Below are positions 50,758-60,279 of a stretch of 64,000 nt of DNA, one piece after another. This stretch comes from Spirochaetota bacterium (GTDB lineage: Bacteria; Spirochaetota; Spirochaetia; CAKZLE01), in contig JBNJDX010000005.1 in assembly GCA_051745285.1 (NCBI GenBank), positions 303 to 64,302 of the forward strand. Reading direction: 5' to 3'. The notes below the pieces were generated by a model. It was not told the DNA's origin. It worked only from the letters and a program-made list of their open reading frames with translations, and made no database searches. Each line of letters starts with the position of its first letter. The first letter of the stretch is position 1. Position numbers and translations under genes: made by a program.

Positions 50758-52128
50758 ATGTACTATTTGGTTGATATTGTTCTCTTTCTCGTGACAATTT
50801 TAGTTATTTTTCTCTATAGGTTTATCGACAGACGGGATCGGCAGATTCATCTGGTGAAATCGTACATGGACAGACTCAAGCAGGAACTCAATAACCAGGA
50901 ACAGTCGCTGCATGCCACCTATGAGCAGCTTACAAGTGATATTGCCGGCAGAGAGAAGCACGTACGCTCGCTCCTTAGCCAGGTAGACGACTCGCTTGAG
51001 GATTTGAAGGAGCATGCCGGAGACCTCGGACAGCTTCAGTCCTATATGAGTCATTACCACCGCATACTGGAGGAGCTCTCCTCCTTGACTGAAAAAGCAG
51101 AACAGCGACTGGCGCTGCTGAAAAGCGATTTTGATTCCTTGCAGGAAGACCGGAAACAACTTGAGGAGCTTTCAAATCAGCAGCAGCAGTTGCAGGAGAC
51201 CCTGGACACATTGGGGGGGCAAATTGAGGAGTACCGCAGCAGCAGGGTTGATCTGATCGAGCAGGAAGCAGGCGAGGAACTCCAAAGGCACCTCAAACGT
51301 ATGCTTGATAAGAGCGAGACGAAGTTTTCCAATCTCTCTATGGCCTTTGAGCGCATGTATGATAATTCAGTTGAGGCGTTTCAGGCTCAGGTTGACCGGC
51401 TAGTTTCGGAAGCCCAGGAGAGCATTGAGCAGCATCTGTCGGAAGCGATTTCCAGGCAGTCGAAAAACAGCGGTTCAACAGCATCGGGATCGACAAAGCG
51501 ACCGGTCATATTTGAACAATGGGGCGGGAACGGGATCAACCGTGAGGTCTCTTCGGCTGCAGCGGTACTCTACAGTACTCAGGAAGAGCAGTCAGACAAC
51601 GAGCCCATTTCGGTAGATACCGAGTCAGAAGATGCAGCTAGTGCTGAGCTTTTTGATATGATCGACGATGATTCGGTTGATAACGACGGGGAGGGGGAGC
51701 ACACAGTCGAAAGCGTTATGCAGCATCTCGAAGAGCATGAAGAGGACGTTGAGACTGAATCAAGCACCCCTCTCGATGAGGCTGAGGAGCACGAGGAACT
51801 CCAGGACGAGCCGGATCAGGGTAAACTCGAGGAGGAGACTGTTCCGGATGAACAGGAGCCTGTGGACGACGTTTTTGATGATGATGAGTTTGACCGCATC
51901 TACTACGAGGATGAAGAAGAAATTGTTCTCGATGATACTGAAGATAATGATGATAACGACTCCGACGAAAAGCGGGAGCCAGTCGTTTCCCCGGAAAAGC
52001 GTAAGATTGTTGAAGAACACTTGAGAGAAGGCTTTTCCAGCACCGAAATTGAGGAGTTGACTGAAATTCCCAGAGGTGAAGTGGAGCTGATTCAAGAGCT
52101 TCTTGGCTTTTCCGACGAGGAAGCGTGA
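50758..52128 (+). CDS. membrane-anchored coiled-coil protein with hyper-acidic region and C-terminal HTH-like motif
   Basis: Start at ATG 50758, after AAGGTGG. One N-terminal TM helix (LVDIVLFLVTILVIFLY), a Q/E/L-rich coiled coil of about 230 aa, a D/E-dominated region, and the tail EEHLREGFSSTEIEELTEIPRGEVELIQELLG. Confidence 0.7.
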   Translation: MYYLVDIVLFLVTILVIFLYRFIDRRDRQIHLVKSYMDRLKQELNNQEQSLHATYEQLTSDIAGREKHVRSLLSQVDDSLEDLKEHAGDLGQLQSYMSHYHRILEELSSLTEKAEQRLALLKSDFDSLQEDRKQLEELSNQQQQLQETLDTLGGQIEEYRSSRVDLIEQEAGEELQRHLKRMLDKSETKFSNLSMAFERMYDNSVEAFQAQVDRLVSEAQESIEQHLSEAISRQSKNSGSTASGSTKRPVIFEQWGGNGINREVSSAAAVLYSTQEEQSDNEPISVDTESEDAASAELFDMIDDDSVDNDGEGEHTVESVMQHLEEHEEDVETESSTPLDEAEEHEELQDEPDQGKLEEETVPDEQEPVDDVFDDDEFDRIYYEDEEEIVLDDTEDNDDNDSDEKREPVVSPEKRKIVEEHLREGFSSTEIEELTEIPRGEVELIQELLGFSDEEA

Positions 52129-52157
52129 TATAACCTGAAGCCGATCCCCGAAAATAC

Positions 52158-52187
52158 TTGACGTTGATAAAACCCTGTTAGTATGTT
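52158..52187 (+). promoter_or_regulatory. candidate promoter of grpE-dnaK-dnaJ
   Basis: TTGACG (52158-52163), 18-nt spacer, TATGTT (52182-52187). Confidence 0.35.
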
Positions 52188-52272
52188 TGAGTTGCGGTCA
52201 CGGAGGAATCCGCCCGCGCCGATAAAGAATGGTTTTTGTTTCACATGCGGTGAATAGGATCCAGAAACACAC

Positions 52273-52295
52273 TGCTCAGGGGTGTCCTCTGAGCA
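52273..52295 (+). promoter_or_regulatory. inverted repeat TGCTCAG-N9-CTGAGCA in the grpE leader
   Basis: Perfect 7-bp arms with a 9-nt spacer, 28 nt before the grpE ATG. CIRCE-like geometry, but not the CIRCE sequence. Confidence 0.45.
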
Positions 52296-52322
52296 TATTA
52301 TATGTACAACGTAGGAGAGCAT

Positions 52323-52985
52323 ATGTCTGGGAAAGCAGGTAAGAAAAAAATGCCCGGCACGAAGCCCGGAGAAGAAAACGAGGACGTTGCTGCTCAGCAG
52401 CAAGAGGAAGATAAGCAGACAGAAGAGAGCGAACAGGTTGACGAGATTGAAGAGCTTCGTGGTTCTGTTGAACAGTTAAAAGGCGAAGTGGAGGATTATA
52501 AGAACCAGTACTTGCGTAAGCATGCCGATTACGAGAACTTTCGTAAGCGACTTCTCCGTGAAAAGGACGAGTCGATCAAGTATGCAAATGAGGCCCTGCT
52601 GAAGGACCTTATGACGGTCATTGATGATTTTGAGCGGGCAATACAATCGGCAGAGGAGACAAAAGACTTTGAGAGCTTCCTTTCGGGGATAAAGCTTATT
52701 GAAAAGCGTTTTGTCAGTATGCTGGAGCAGAATTGGGGCTTGAAACGCATGGAAACAGCCGGCGAAGAGTTTGACCCGCAGCGGCACGAAGCTCTGATGA
52801 TGGAGGAGCGGCCAGACTGCGACCGGGAAGAAGTGGTTGAGGTCTATCAGAAGGGGTATTCCCTGAATGATAGAGTTATCAGGCATGCAAAAGTGAAGGT
52901 AGGCAAACCGACCTCAGAAGCCGCAGCGGAGAAAGATACTGAGACTGGAGATGGCCAGTCGGCTGCTGAAGATCAGAAACAGTAA
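52323..52985 (+). CDS. grpE: nucleotide exchange factor GrpE
   Basis: Start at ATG 52323, after AGGAGAG. Conserved GrpE core (YENFRKR ... LKDLMTVIDDFERA ... VYQKGY). Confidence 0.93.
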   Translation: MSGKAGKKKMPGTKPGEENEDVAAQQQEEDKQTEESEQVDEIEELRGSVEQLKGEVEDYKNQYLRKHADYENFRKRLLREKDESIKYANEALLKDLMTVIDDFERAIQSAEETKDFESFLSGIKLIEKRFVSMLEQNWGLKRMETAGEEFDPQRHEALMMEERPDCDREEVVEVYQKGYSLNDRVIRHAKVKVGKPTSEAAAEKDTETGDGQSAAEDQKQ

Positions 52986-53017
52986 TATATAACTAAGAAG
53001 GCAAGGAGAATAGTACC

Positions 53018-54946
53018 ATGGGACGGATTATAGGAATTGATTTAGGAACGACAAATTCATGTGTAGCTGTCATGGAGGGCGGAGAGTCAGTTGTTATTCA
53101 AAACTCAGAAGGACAGCGAACGACTCCCTCGATTGTCGGTTTTACCTCCAAGGGGGAACGCCTGGTAGGGCAACCGGCAAAGAACCAGATTGTTACCAAT
53201 CCGGAAAACACGATTTTCTCGATTAAACGCTTTATGGGGCGCAAGCATGGCGAAGTGCCAACTGAGATTTCGATGGTTCCGTACAGTATAAAGAAGGGCT
53301 CGAATAACGAGGTCCGAGTTGAAGCCCAGGGAACGGAGTATTCCCCCGAAGAAATATCTGCGGCTGTTCTACAGAAAATGAAACAGACTGCAGAGGATTA
53401 TCTCGGTGAAACGGTGACCGAAGCTGTTATCACAGTACCTGCCTACTTCAACGACGCTCAGCGACAGGCTACTAAAGATGCCGGTCGTATTGCTGGGCTT
53501 GAGGTAAAGCGTATTGTTAATGAACCGACTGCCGCTTCTCTGGCATACGGTTTTGGAAAGGATGACAAGAAAGACGAAAAGATCGCTGTATATGACCTGG
53601 GTGGTGGAACATTTGATATATCCATCCTGGAGCTCGGGGACGGTGTGTTTGAAGTAAAGTCTACCCACGGTGATACACACCTAGGTGGCGATAACTTCGA
53701 CCAGCGTGTCATTGACTGGATGGTAAAAGAGTTCAAGAATGAGCAGGGCATCGACCTTTCACAGGACAGGATGGCTCTGCAGCGGCTCAAGGAAGCAGCT
53801 GAGAAGGCCAAGATGGAGCTTTCCAGTCGGCAGCAGACTGACATTAATCTGCCGTTTATTACTGCTGATTCTTCAGGCCCGAAGCATTTGCAGATGTCAC
53901 TGACACGTTCCAAGTTCGAGCAAATGGTTGGCGATCTGGTTGAAAGAACCAAACAGCCATGTCAGAAAGCGCTCAATGATGCGGGACTCAAGGCTGAAGA
54001 TATCGACGAGGTTATTCTTGTCGGCGGGTCTACCCGTATACCGGCAGTTCAGGAGCTTGTAAAGAGCCTTTTCAAACGCGATCCGCACAAGGGCGTTAAC
54101 CCTGATGAGGTGGTTGCCAGAGGCGCAGCTATTCAGGGCGGTATCCTCGGTGGGGACGTCAAAGATGTTCTTTTGCTGGATGTTACGCCGCTTTCACTGG
54201 GGATCGAGACTCTCGGTGGTGTGTTTACCAAGCTGATAGAGCGCAATACAACCATCCCGACTCGAAAGAGCCAGATTTTCTCGACAGCTGCTGATAACCA
54301 GACAGCTGTGTCGATCCACGTACTGCAGGGTGAGCGCGAGATGGCAAGCCAGAACAGAACGCTTGGTAATTTTGACCTGGTTGGTATTCCACCTGCACCA
54401 CGAGGCGTACCTCAGATTGAGGTAACCTTCGACATTGACTCAAACGGTATTGTGCACGTTTCGGCCAAGGATCTTGGAACCGGTAAGGAGCAGAAGATCA
54501 GGATTGAATCCTCCTCCGGTCTCTCCGAAGAGGAGATTGACAAGATGGTCAAGGATGCAGAGCTGCATGCTGAAGAGGATAAGGCCGAAAAAGAACGGAT
54601 TGAGGTGAGAAATCAGGCTGATAATCTTATCTATTCTACGGATAAGTCGCTCAAAGAGCATGGCGATAAAATTTCCGAGGACGAGCGATCCAAGATCGAG
54701 AGCGCCTCAGCTGAGTTGAAGTCGGCTATGGAAAGTGATAATGTTGAGGATATTAAGCAGAAGATGGAAGCTCTCCAACAGGCCTCCTATAAGCTTGCTG
54801 AGGAGATGTACAAGAATGCATCTTCCGAGGAGCAGTCAGGCGACGCAGCTTCCGGTGGGGCCGATCAGGCTTCACAGGGCTCTGACGATGACACTGTAGA
54901 AGATGCAGATTACGAAGTGGTTGATGACGACGAAGATAAGAAATAG
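53018..54946 (+). CDS. dnaK: molecular chaperone DnaK (Hsp70)
   Basis: 642 aa ([32 protein letters not shown]). Confidence 0.98.
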   Translation: MGRIIGIDLGTTNSCVAVMEGGESVVIQNSEGQRTTPSIVGFTSKGERLVGQPAKNQIVTNPENTIFSIKRFMGRKHGEVPTEISMVPYSIKKGSNNEVRVEAQGTEYSPEEISAAVLQKMKQTAEDYLGETVTEAVITVPAYFNDAQRQATKDAGRIAGLEVKRIVNEPTAASLAYGFGKDDKKDEKIAVYDLGGGTFDISILELGDGVFEVKSTHGDTHLGGDNFDQRVIDWMVKEFKNEQGIDLSQDRMALQRLKEAAEKAKMELSSRQQTDINLPFITADSSGPKHLQMSLTRSKFEQMVGDLVERTKQPCQKALNDAGLKAEDIDEVILVGGSTRIPAVQELVKSLFKRDPHKGVNPDEVVARGAAIQGGILGGDVKDVLLLDVTPLSLGIETLGGVFTKLIERNTTIPTRKSQIFSTAADNQTAVSIHVLQGEREMASQNRTLGNFDLVGIPPAPRGVPQIEVTFDIDSNGIVHVSAKDLGTGKEQKIRIESSSGLSEEEIDKMVKDAELHAEEDKAEKERIEVRNQADNLIYSTDKSLKEHGDKISEDERSKIESASAELKSAMESDNVEDIKQKMEALQQASYKLAEEMYKNASSEEQSGDAASGGADQASQGSDDDTVEDADYEVVDDDEDKK

Positions 54947-54977
54947 ACATTGAAACTGAAAAAAGGGGTCTTTAACC

Positions 54978-56120
54978 TTGAGTAAGAGAGATTATTACGA
55001 AGTACTGGGGGTTCCTAAGGGAGCCTCCAGTGATGAGATTAAAAAAGCATATCGCAAACTGGCAATAAAGTATCACCCGGACCAGAATCCCGGCGACAAA
55101 CAGGCCGAGGATGCCTTCAAGGAGGCCTCCGAAGCGTACGAGGTGCTCAGTAATGAGCAGAAGCGTAAGGCCTACGACCAGTTCGGTTTTGCCGGCGTGG
55201 AAGGCATGAACGGCGGCGGAGGAGGAGGTGCGCAAGATTACTCCTCTGTATTCCGCGATTTCAGTGATATTTTTGGTGATTTTGGCGGTATTTTTGACTC
55301 CTTTTTCGGCGGCGGTGGCGGGTCTCGCTCCTCCTCAGGACGGGGGGGCGGCGGTCCTGCACGAGGAGCCAATCTGCGTTATAACCTTGATATTGATTTC
55401 AAGGACGCGGTGTTCGGTACCAAAGTAGAGATAAGCTATTCGAGGAATGTTGCCTGCAGTAACTGTGGTGGCAGCGGCTCTGAGAAGGGTTCAGGGAAGA
55501 AGGTCTGTGATACCTGCGGCGGAGCCGGACAGGTACGCCGGAGCTCAGGATTTTTCTCTATTGCCTCTACCTGCCCAACCTGTAATGGTGAGGGGTATGT
55601 AATTGAAAACCCCTGCCAGCACTGTCACGGCACCGGTCTGAGGAAAAAACAGCAGAAGGTGAAAGTGACAATTCCTGCAGGTATCAGCTCCGGGCGGCGA
55701 ATAACCGTCCCGGGCCAAGGTGATGCCGGACCGAACGGAGGACCTGCAGGGGACCTGCTGGTATATGTTACAGTTCGTCCGCACAAGTACTTCGAACGTG
55801 ACGGGAATGACCTGTATTGTGTTATCCCTGTATCAATGACTCAGGCCGCTCTTGGAGCCGAAATTGAAGTTCATACGATTGATGACAAACGGGTAAAAGT
55901 AAAAATTCCTGCCGGGGTGCAAAACGGGAAGATCCTTCGCCTGAAGAATCGCGGGGTTCCGCATCTGCATAATCCTGAGAAACGGGGGGATATGTTTATA
56001 AAACTGCATATAGAGACCCCGAAACGGCCCTCTGCGAAAGCCAAGGCCCTGCTGAAGGAACTCTCTGACGTAATGGGTGAGGAGTCCCGTCCGAATCCCA
56101 TAGAGCTATCAGAGCTGTAA
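54978..56120 (+). CDS. dnaJ: molecular chaperone DnaJ
   Basis: TTG start. J domain with HPD, a G/F-rich region and four CxxCxGxG zinc-finger repeats. Confidence 0.96.
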   Translation: MSKRDYYEVLGVPKGASSDEIKKAYRKLAIKYHPDQNPGDKQAEDAFKEASEAYEVLSNEQKRKAYDQFGFAGVEGMNGGGGGGAQDYSSVFRDFSDIFGDFGGIFDSFFGGGGGSRSSSGRGGGGPARGANLRYNLDIDFKDAVFGTKVEISYSRNVACSNCGGSGSEKGSGKKVCDTCGGAGQVRRSSGFFSIASTCPTCNGEGYVIENPCQHCHGTGLRKKQQKVKVTIPAGISSGRRITVPGQGDAGPNGGPAGDLLVYVTVRPHKYFERDGNDLYCVIPVSMTQAALGAEIEVHTIDDKRVKVKIPAGVQNGKILRLKNRGVPHLHNPEKRGDMFIKLHIETPKRPSAKAKALLKELSDVMGEESRPNPIELSEL

Positions 56121-56123
56121 GAA

Positions 56124-56858
56124 GTGGCTGATGTAGTGCTGGGGTTTCACCCCATAGAGGAAGCCCTGCAGTCAGCAGGGAAAGCTGCGCAGCTGTATGT
56201 GCAGCAGAAGCCTGCCAAACGCGTGCAGCCGCTCATTCGGCTGGCTCAGCAGCGAGGGGTTCACATACAGTATGTACCTGATGCCCAGTTAGATGATCTT
56301 GCCGGGAAGAAAGCAGATCATCGTGGCGCCGTGCTGGTGCTGGGACGGTCGGTCATGCAGGATACCATTAAAGAGGTAAAGACCTACCTGGATCGCCTTT
56401 CTGAACATGAAGGCGGTTTGGTCTTGATTCTTGACGGGGTGACTGATCCCCACAATCTGGGAGCCATTTTACGCAGCGCCGATATGTTCGGTGTTGACCT
56501 GGTTGTGCTGCCCCAGCGACGAAGTGTTCATCAAACCACGACAGTTATGAAGGTCTCAGCCGGGGCTGCAAAGTATGTCCCTGTGGTTGTCGTAAAAAAC
56601 CTCGTGCGCGAGATGCAGCAGCTGCAGGAGGCTGGTTTCTGGTTTTACGGGGCAGACCCGGAAGGAGAACGTCTGCAGGACGTATCAATGCCTCGAAGAA
56701 CCGGCCTGGTTATGGGAGCAGAGGGAGCGGGCTTGAGCCGGCTTGTTAAAGCAAGCTGCGACAAACTCGTCTCGATTCCCACGACAGGCCATATTGACTC
56801 GCTCAATGTATCGGTTGCCGCGGGTATCCTGCTGTATGAGGTACGTAGAAAGGGCTGA
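56124..56858 (+). CDS. rlmB: SpoU/TrmH-family rRNA 2'-O-methyltransferase (RlmB-like)
   Basis: GTG start. Motifs DGVTDPHNLGAILRSA, GAEGAGLS and SLNVSVAAGILLYE. Confidence 0.85.
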   Translation: MADVVLGFHPIEEALQSAGKAAQLYVQQKPAKRVQPLIRLAQQRGVHIQYVPDAQLDDLAGKKADHRGAVLVLGRSVMQDTIKEVKTYLDRLSEHEGGLVLILDGVTDPHNLGAILRSADMFGVDLVVLPQRRSVHQTTTVMKVSAGAAKYVPVVVVKNLVREMQQLQEAGFWFYGADPEGERLQDVSMPRRTGLVMGAEGAGLSRLVKASCDKLVSIPTTGHIDSLNVSVAAGILLYEVRRKG

Positions 56859-58124
56859 CTATTCGTTGAAGAACTTGTTCCCGATATCACTGCGGTACCA
56901 GGCCCCTTCAAAGGCTACTTCAGGAATGACGCTGTAGGCAGCCGTATTTGCCTCAAGAATGTTAGTACCGATACCTACCACAGTAAAACATCGACCACCA
57001 CTTGTTTGGAGGTAAGCCCCCGTTCTCTCAACAGCCCCAAAAAAGGTGATCGTTTTATCGAAGATCATATTACTCCCGGCGTAGGCGGGCAGGGAGACTC
57101 GTTTGCCTGAGACCGGGTTTTCCGGATATCCACGACTTGCCACCACCACCGCAACCGAAGAATTATTTGATATCTTCAGTTCTGTCTCGTTAAGAGTACG
57201 ATTCTCTATAGCCTCAAGCAGATCGAGAAAGTCCGAAGTGATCAGGGGAGCCATCGCCTGAGTGGCCGGATCATTAAACCGAACATGGTAGTCAACCAGT
57301 TTCGGGCCAGAATCGGTAAGGATCAGACTGAAAATCAAAACGCCTTTATAGCTGAGTTGCTCATCAACCAAGCCTTTGAGAGTGGGTTCGACGATATGCT
57401 CGGTAATGGCCTGTTTTGTCTTCCGGTCGAGGACTGGAACTGGACAGACCGAGCCCATTCCTCCCGTTGCAGCCCCCTTCCCGTGCTCTTCAGCCTTTGT
57501 ATAATCCGAGCACAGTGGCAGCATGAGATACTGCATACCATCAGTGAGGATGGTAACTGTCAGCGGCATACCTTTCAGATGTTCTTCAATGAGGACCTCA
57601 CCCTTCTCCAGTAGGCGCCTGCCGAAATCCATGAGGTGCCCTTTATCCGAAGAGTCGATCATGACTCTACTCGGAGCAAGGCCGTTGCGCTTAAGAACAA
57701 AGCGCTTGTCTATGTTGGCCTCTATGAACGCTTCAAGCTCATCGGCGCTTCGAGCGATGTAATGAGAGGGAATGGGGATGCCGTGTCTGGTGGTGAATTC
57801 CCTTGCGAATGAACGTTCTCCCTCCAGTTTTAAGGAGGCTAGAGGAGCCCCGAAGGTTTTTATTCCCTCGGCTAGCAGAGTATCAACTACTCCGGCTGCA
57901 AGGGGAGCTTCAGTTCCACAGAAGACAAAGTCTATGTTATGAGCACGGCAAGCCTGCAGTACGGCCTGCGGATCGGCAGGATCCACATCCGGGAGGTTGA
58001 CACCGAGATGTTCAGTGCCTGCATTTCCCGGAGCAATAAAAAGACCGGTGAGGCGTCTGCTTTTGGAAAAGAGCCACGATAATGCGTGGTCTTTGGCGCC
58101 GGAACCAAGCACAAGTACTTTCAA
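56859..58124 (-). CDS. purD: phosphoribosylamine-glycine ligase
   Basis: 421 aa, TTG start ((M)KVLVLGSGAKDHAL). ATP-grasp fold. Confidence 0.92.
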   Translation of the reverse strand: MKVLVLGSGAKDHALSWLFSKSRRLTGLFIAPGNAGTEHLGVNLPDVDPADPQAVLQACRAHNIDFVFCGTEAPLAAGVVDTLLAEGIKTFGAPLASLKLEGERSFAREFTTRHGIPIPSHYIARSADELEAFIEANIDKRFVLKRNGLAPSRVMIDSSDKGHLMDFGRRLLEKGEVLIEEHLKGMPLTVTILTDGMQYLMLPLCSDYTKAEEHGKGAATGGMGSVCPVPVLDRKTKQAITEHIVEPTLKGLVDEQLSYKGVLIFSLILTDSGPKLVDYHVRFNDPATQAMAPLITSDFLDLLEAIENRTLNETELKISNNSSVAVVVASRGYPENPVSGKRVSLPAYAGSNMIFDKTITFFGAVERTGAYLQTSGGRCFTVVGIGTNILEANTAAYSVIPEVAFEGAWYRSDIGNKFFNE

Positions 58125-58225
58125 AAGTTGATCTCCTTATGGGCTGGTTGTCGGATATGTGGCTGCCGCGGGAAATAACCTCCCGCTCAAGTTCCTGCAA
58201 ACACTACCATTAGACCCATTATTGG

Positions 58226-59194
58226 TCAAGTCTTAAGCAGACGCTGATAGTCTCCTAGGGATGAAGCTTTCACAATGGCAGCTCTGAGGGTATTGGAATT
58301 GGATAAGCCCTTCGAGTAGGCGCAAACGTGCTTGCGCATCTCCTTACAGGCACGCTGCTCGCCCTTTTCGGCAATTGCCAGCTCAAGTTGCTCAAGAGCG
58401 CGGGAAAACCGTTCTTCCCGGGTGGGTTCTGCGGCCAGCTCTCCATCATTGAGCAGTTGTTTTGTCTGGGAGAAGATGAATGGATTGCCCAGCGCTCCGC
58501 GGGCAAACATCAGGGCGTCCACGCCTGTTTCCCGCAGCATGCGAAGTGCATCCTCTGGAGTGAAGAGATCGCCGGACCCTGCTACCGGTATATGTATGTG
58601 GCTTTTTAATTGCTCAAGGGCATTCCAGTCGGCAGAGCCGGAATACCCTTGGGTTTTTGTGCGTGCATGCATGGTAATCAGGCTTGCGCCCCCGTCAGCA
58701 GCAGCATCAGCCACCTCCAGAAAGTTCTTGCTCTGCATATCCCATCCCAGTCTGATTTTCACCGTTACCGGTATGCTGAGGGCATTCACAAGGGTCTGGA
58801 CTATACGCCTGATTTCTAGAGGATTGCGCATCAACGCTGAACCGGCGCCGTTGTTTACAATCTTTGGAACCGGGCACCCGCAGTTGATGTCAATGATAGT
58901 GGGAGCAAATGTTTTGACCGTGCTGACTGCGCGTTTTGCAGTCTCAGCATCCGGCATGAACAGCTGGATTGCGAACTGTCGTTCAGAGGGGGCTCTCGCA
59001 GCAAGATCAAAGGTTTTTGCATTGCCGCGAGCAATGGCTTCAGCTGAGATCATTTCTGAACAGGTTAAAGACGCCCCTTCTCGCAGGCAAACCTCACGGA
59101 AAGCCCTGTCGGTATACCCGGCTAGGGGAGCGAGAAAGAGATTACCGGGTACTCTTACCGACCCAATGGTTATCGGGTGTTCATAGAGTCCCAT
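58226..59194 (-). CDS. dus: tRNA-dihydrouridine synthase
   Basis: 322 aa (LAPLAGYTDRAFR, INCGCP, HARTKTQGYSG). Confidence 0.92.
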   Translation of the reverse strand: MGLYEHPITIGSVRVPGNLFLAPLAGYTDRAFREVCLREGASLTCSEMISAEAIARGNAKTFDLAARAPSERQFAIQLFMPDAETAKRAVSTVKTFAPTIIDINCGCPVPKIVNNGAGSALMRNPLEIRRIVQTLVNALSIPVTVKIRLGWDMQSKNFLEVADAAADGGASLITMHARTKTQGYSGSADWNALEQLKSHIHIPVAGSGDLFTPEDALRMLRETGVDALMFARGALGNPFIFSQTKQLLNDGELAAEPTREERFSRALEQLELAIAEKGEQRACKEMRKHVCAYSKGLSNSNTLRAAIVKASSLGDYQRLLKT

Positions 59195-59205
59195 GGCAAT
59201 ACATT

Positions 59206-59985
59206 CTAAGCTTCTTCAGGGAGCTGAAAAATCCGGAGACTGTTGGCGTACAGATACTGAGCAACTTCTTCAACCGGCTCCTGACGAATGTCGGCGATTG
59301 CATAGGCAACCTCGGGTAAATAGGCAGGCTTATTACGCTTGCCTTTGTATTTCGATGGAACCATGAAAGGGCTTTCAGTCTCGATGAGTATACGGTCTGA
59401 TGGGAGTGCGGCTGCAGTTTCATGCAGGTTTTTTGCATTTCTGTAGGTAACATTACCTGCAAAGGAGATATACATATTCAAATCTAAGGCTCGCTTTGCA
59501 TACTCCCAGTTTTCCGAGTAGCAGTGGAGAATACCGCCTGCCTCAACGGGTCGATCCTGTAGAATATTGAGAATATCCTCACCGGCGTCGCGATTGTGAA
59601 TAATAATCGGTTTACCCAGATTGTTTGCCAGATCGATCTGACGAATAAACAGTTCAATCTGTGACTTTTTATCGCCAAACTTCCTGTAGTAATCCAGGCC
59701 GATCTCACCGATGGCAACAACCCGGTTGAAAGAGGCCCCTTTCAGGACTTTCCCTTCCCAGTCGAGGCCTGGGTTTGCAACCTCAGAGGGAGAGACCCCT
59801 ACTGCGTGATAGACATCAGAGGCTGTCTTGAGGTTGTCATACACCTCAAAGAAGTCACTGAGGCTGTTGCAAATGCTGACGATGTGTTTAACACCGGCAC
59901 GCTTTGCTCTCTGTATGATTAATAACTGTTCTATCTGATCCTCATGGATCAGACCTATGTGTGCATGAGTATCAAAAAACTGCAT
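59206..59985 (-). CDS. tatD: TatD-family metal-dependent hydrolase
   Basis: Start at ATG 59985 (MQFFDTHAHIG), after AGGTGA. Also IGEIGLDY, HNRDA and HCYS motifs. Confidence 0.9.
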   Translation of the reverse strand: MQFFDTHAHIGLIHEDQIEQLLIIQRAKRAGVKHIVSICNSLSDFFEVYDNLKTASDVYHAVGVSPSEVANPGLDWEGKVLKGASFNRVVAIGEIGLDYYRKFGDKKSQIELFIRQIDLANNLGKPIIIHNRDAGEDILNILQDRPVEAGGILHCYSENWEYAKRALDLNMYISFAGNVTYRNAKNLHETAAALPSDRILIETESPFMVPSKYKGKRNKPAYLPEVAYAIADIRQEPVEEVAQYLYANSLRIFQLPEEA

Positions 59986-60076
59986 TTCACCTAACCATTT
60001 TGAAAAATATAAGATTTGCTGTCCGTCTAAGACCTTACCACAAGGTAGCATGAAGCTGAGTAATCGTCAATTGCAT

Positions 60077-60105
60077 TTGACAATTATTTCCCAACATGGT
60101 AGTTT
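60077..60105 (+). promoter_or_regulatory. candidate promoter of the PSP1-domain gene
   Basis: TTGACA (60077-60082), 17-nt spacer, TAGTTT (60100-60105). Confidence 0.4.
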
Positions 60106-60279
60106 GTACGCAGTTTTACCGCAATCGGCAGAGTGTTTATCTTTTAACGGTCTAGCCTGTTTACACTGGCTTTCACCGGATGTCCTGCCGTGTTGCTTGT
60201 TTGGATCTATCATGAAATCTCAGTGGATCTAATGTGTACCAGTCATGAGAAATCAATCGATAAAGAGTAATATACAAAT

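Noticed and set aside
52265-52300. Canonical CIRCE element upstream of grpE
   Set aside because: The geometry matches (inverted repeat with a 9-nt spacer), but only about 3 of 9 arm positions match TTAGCACTC. It is reported instead as a CIRCE-like element of unknown specificity.
58332-59186. 284-aa plus-strand ORF, and several others, antisense to dus
   Set aside because: It lies entirely inside the well-supported dus gene on the opposite strand. It has an Ala/Ser/Arg-rich shadow-frame composition and no SD.
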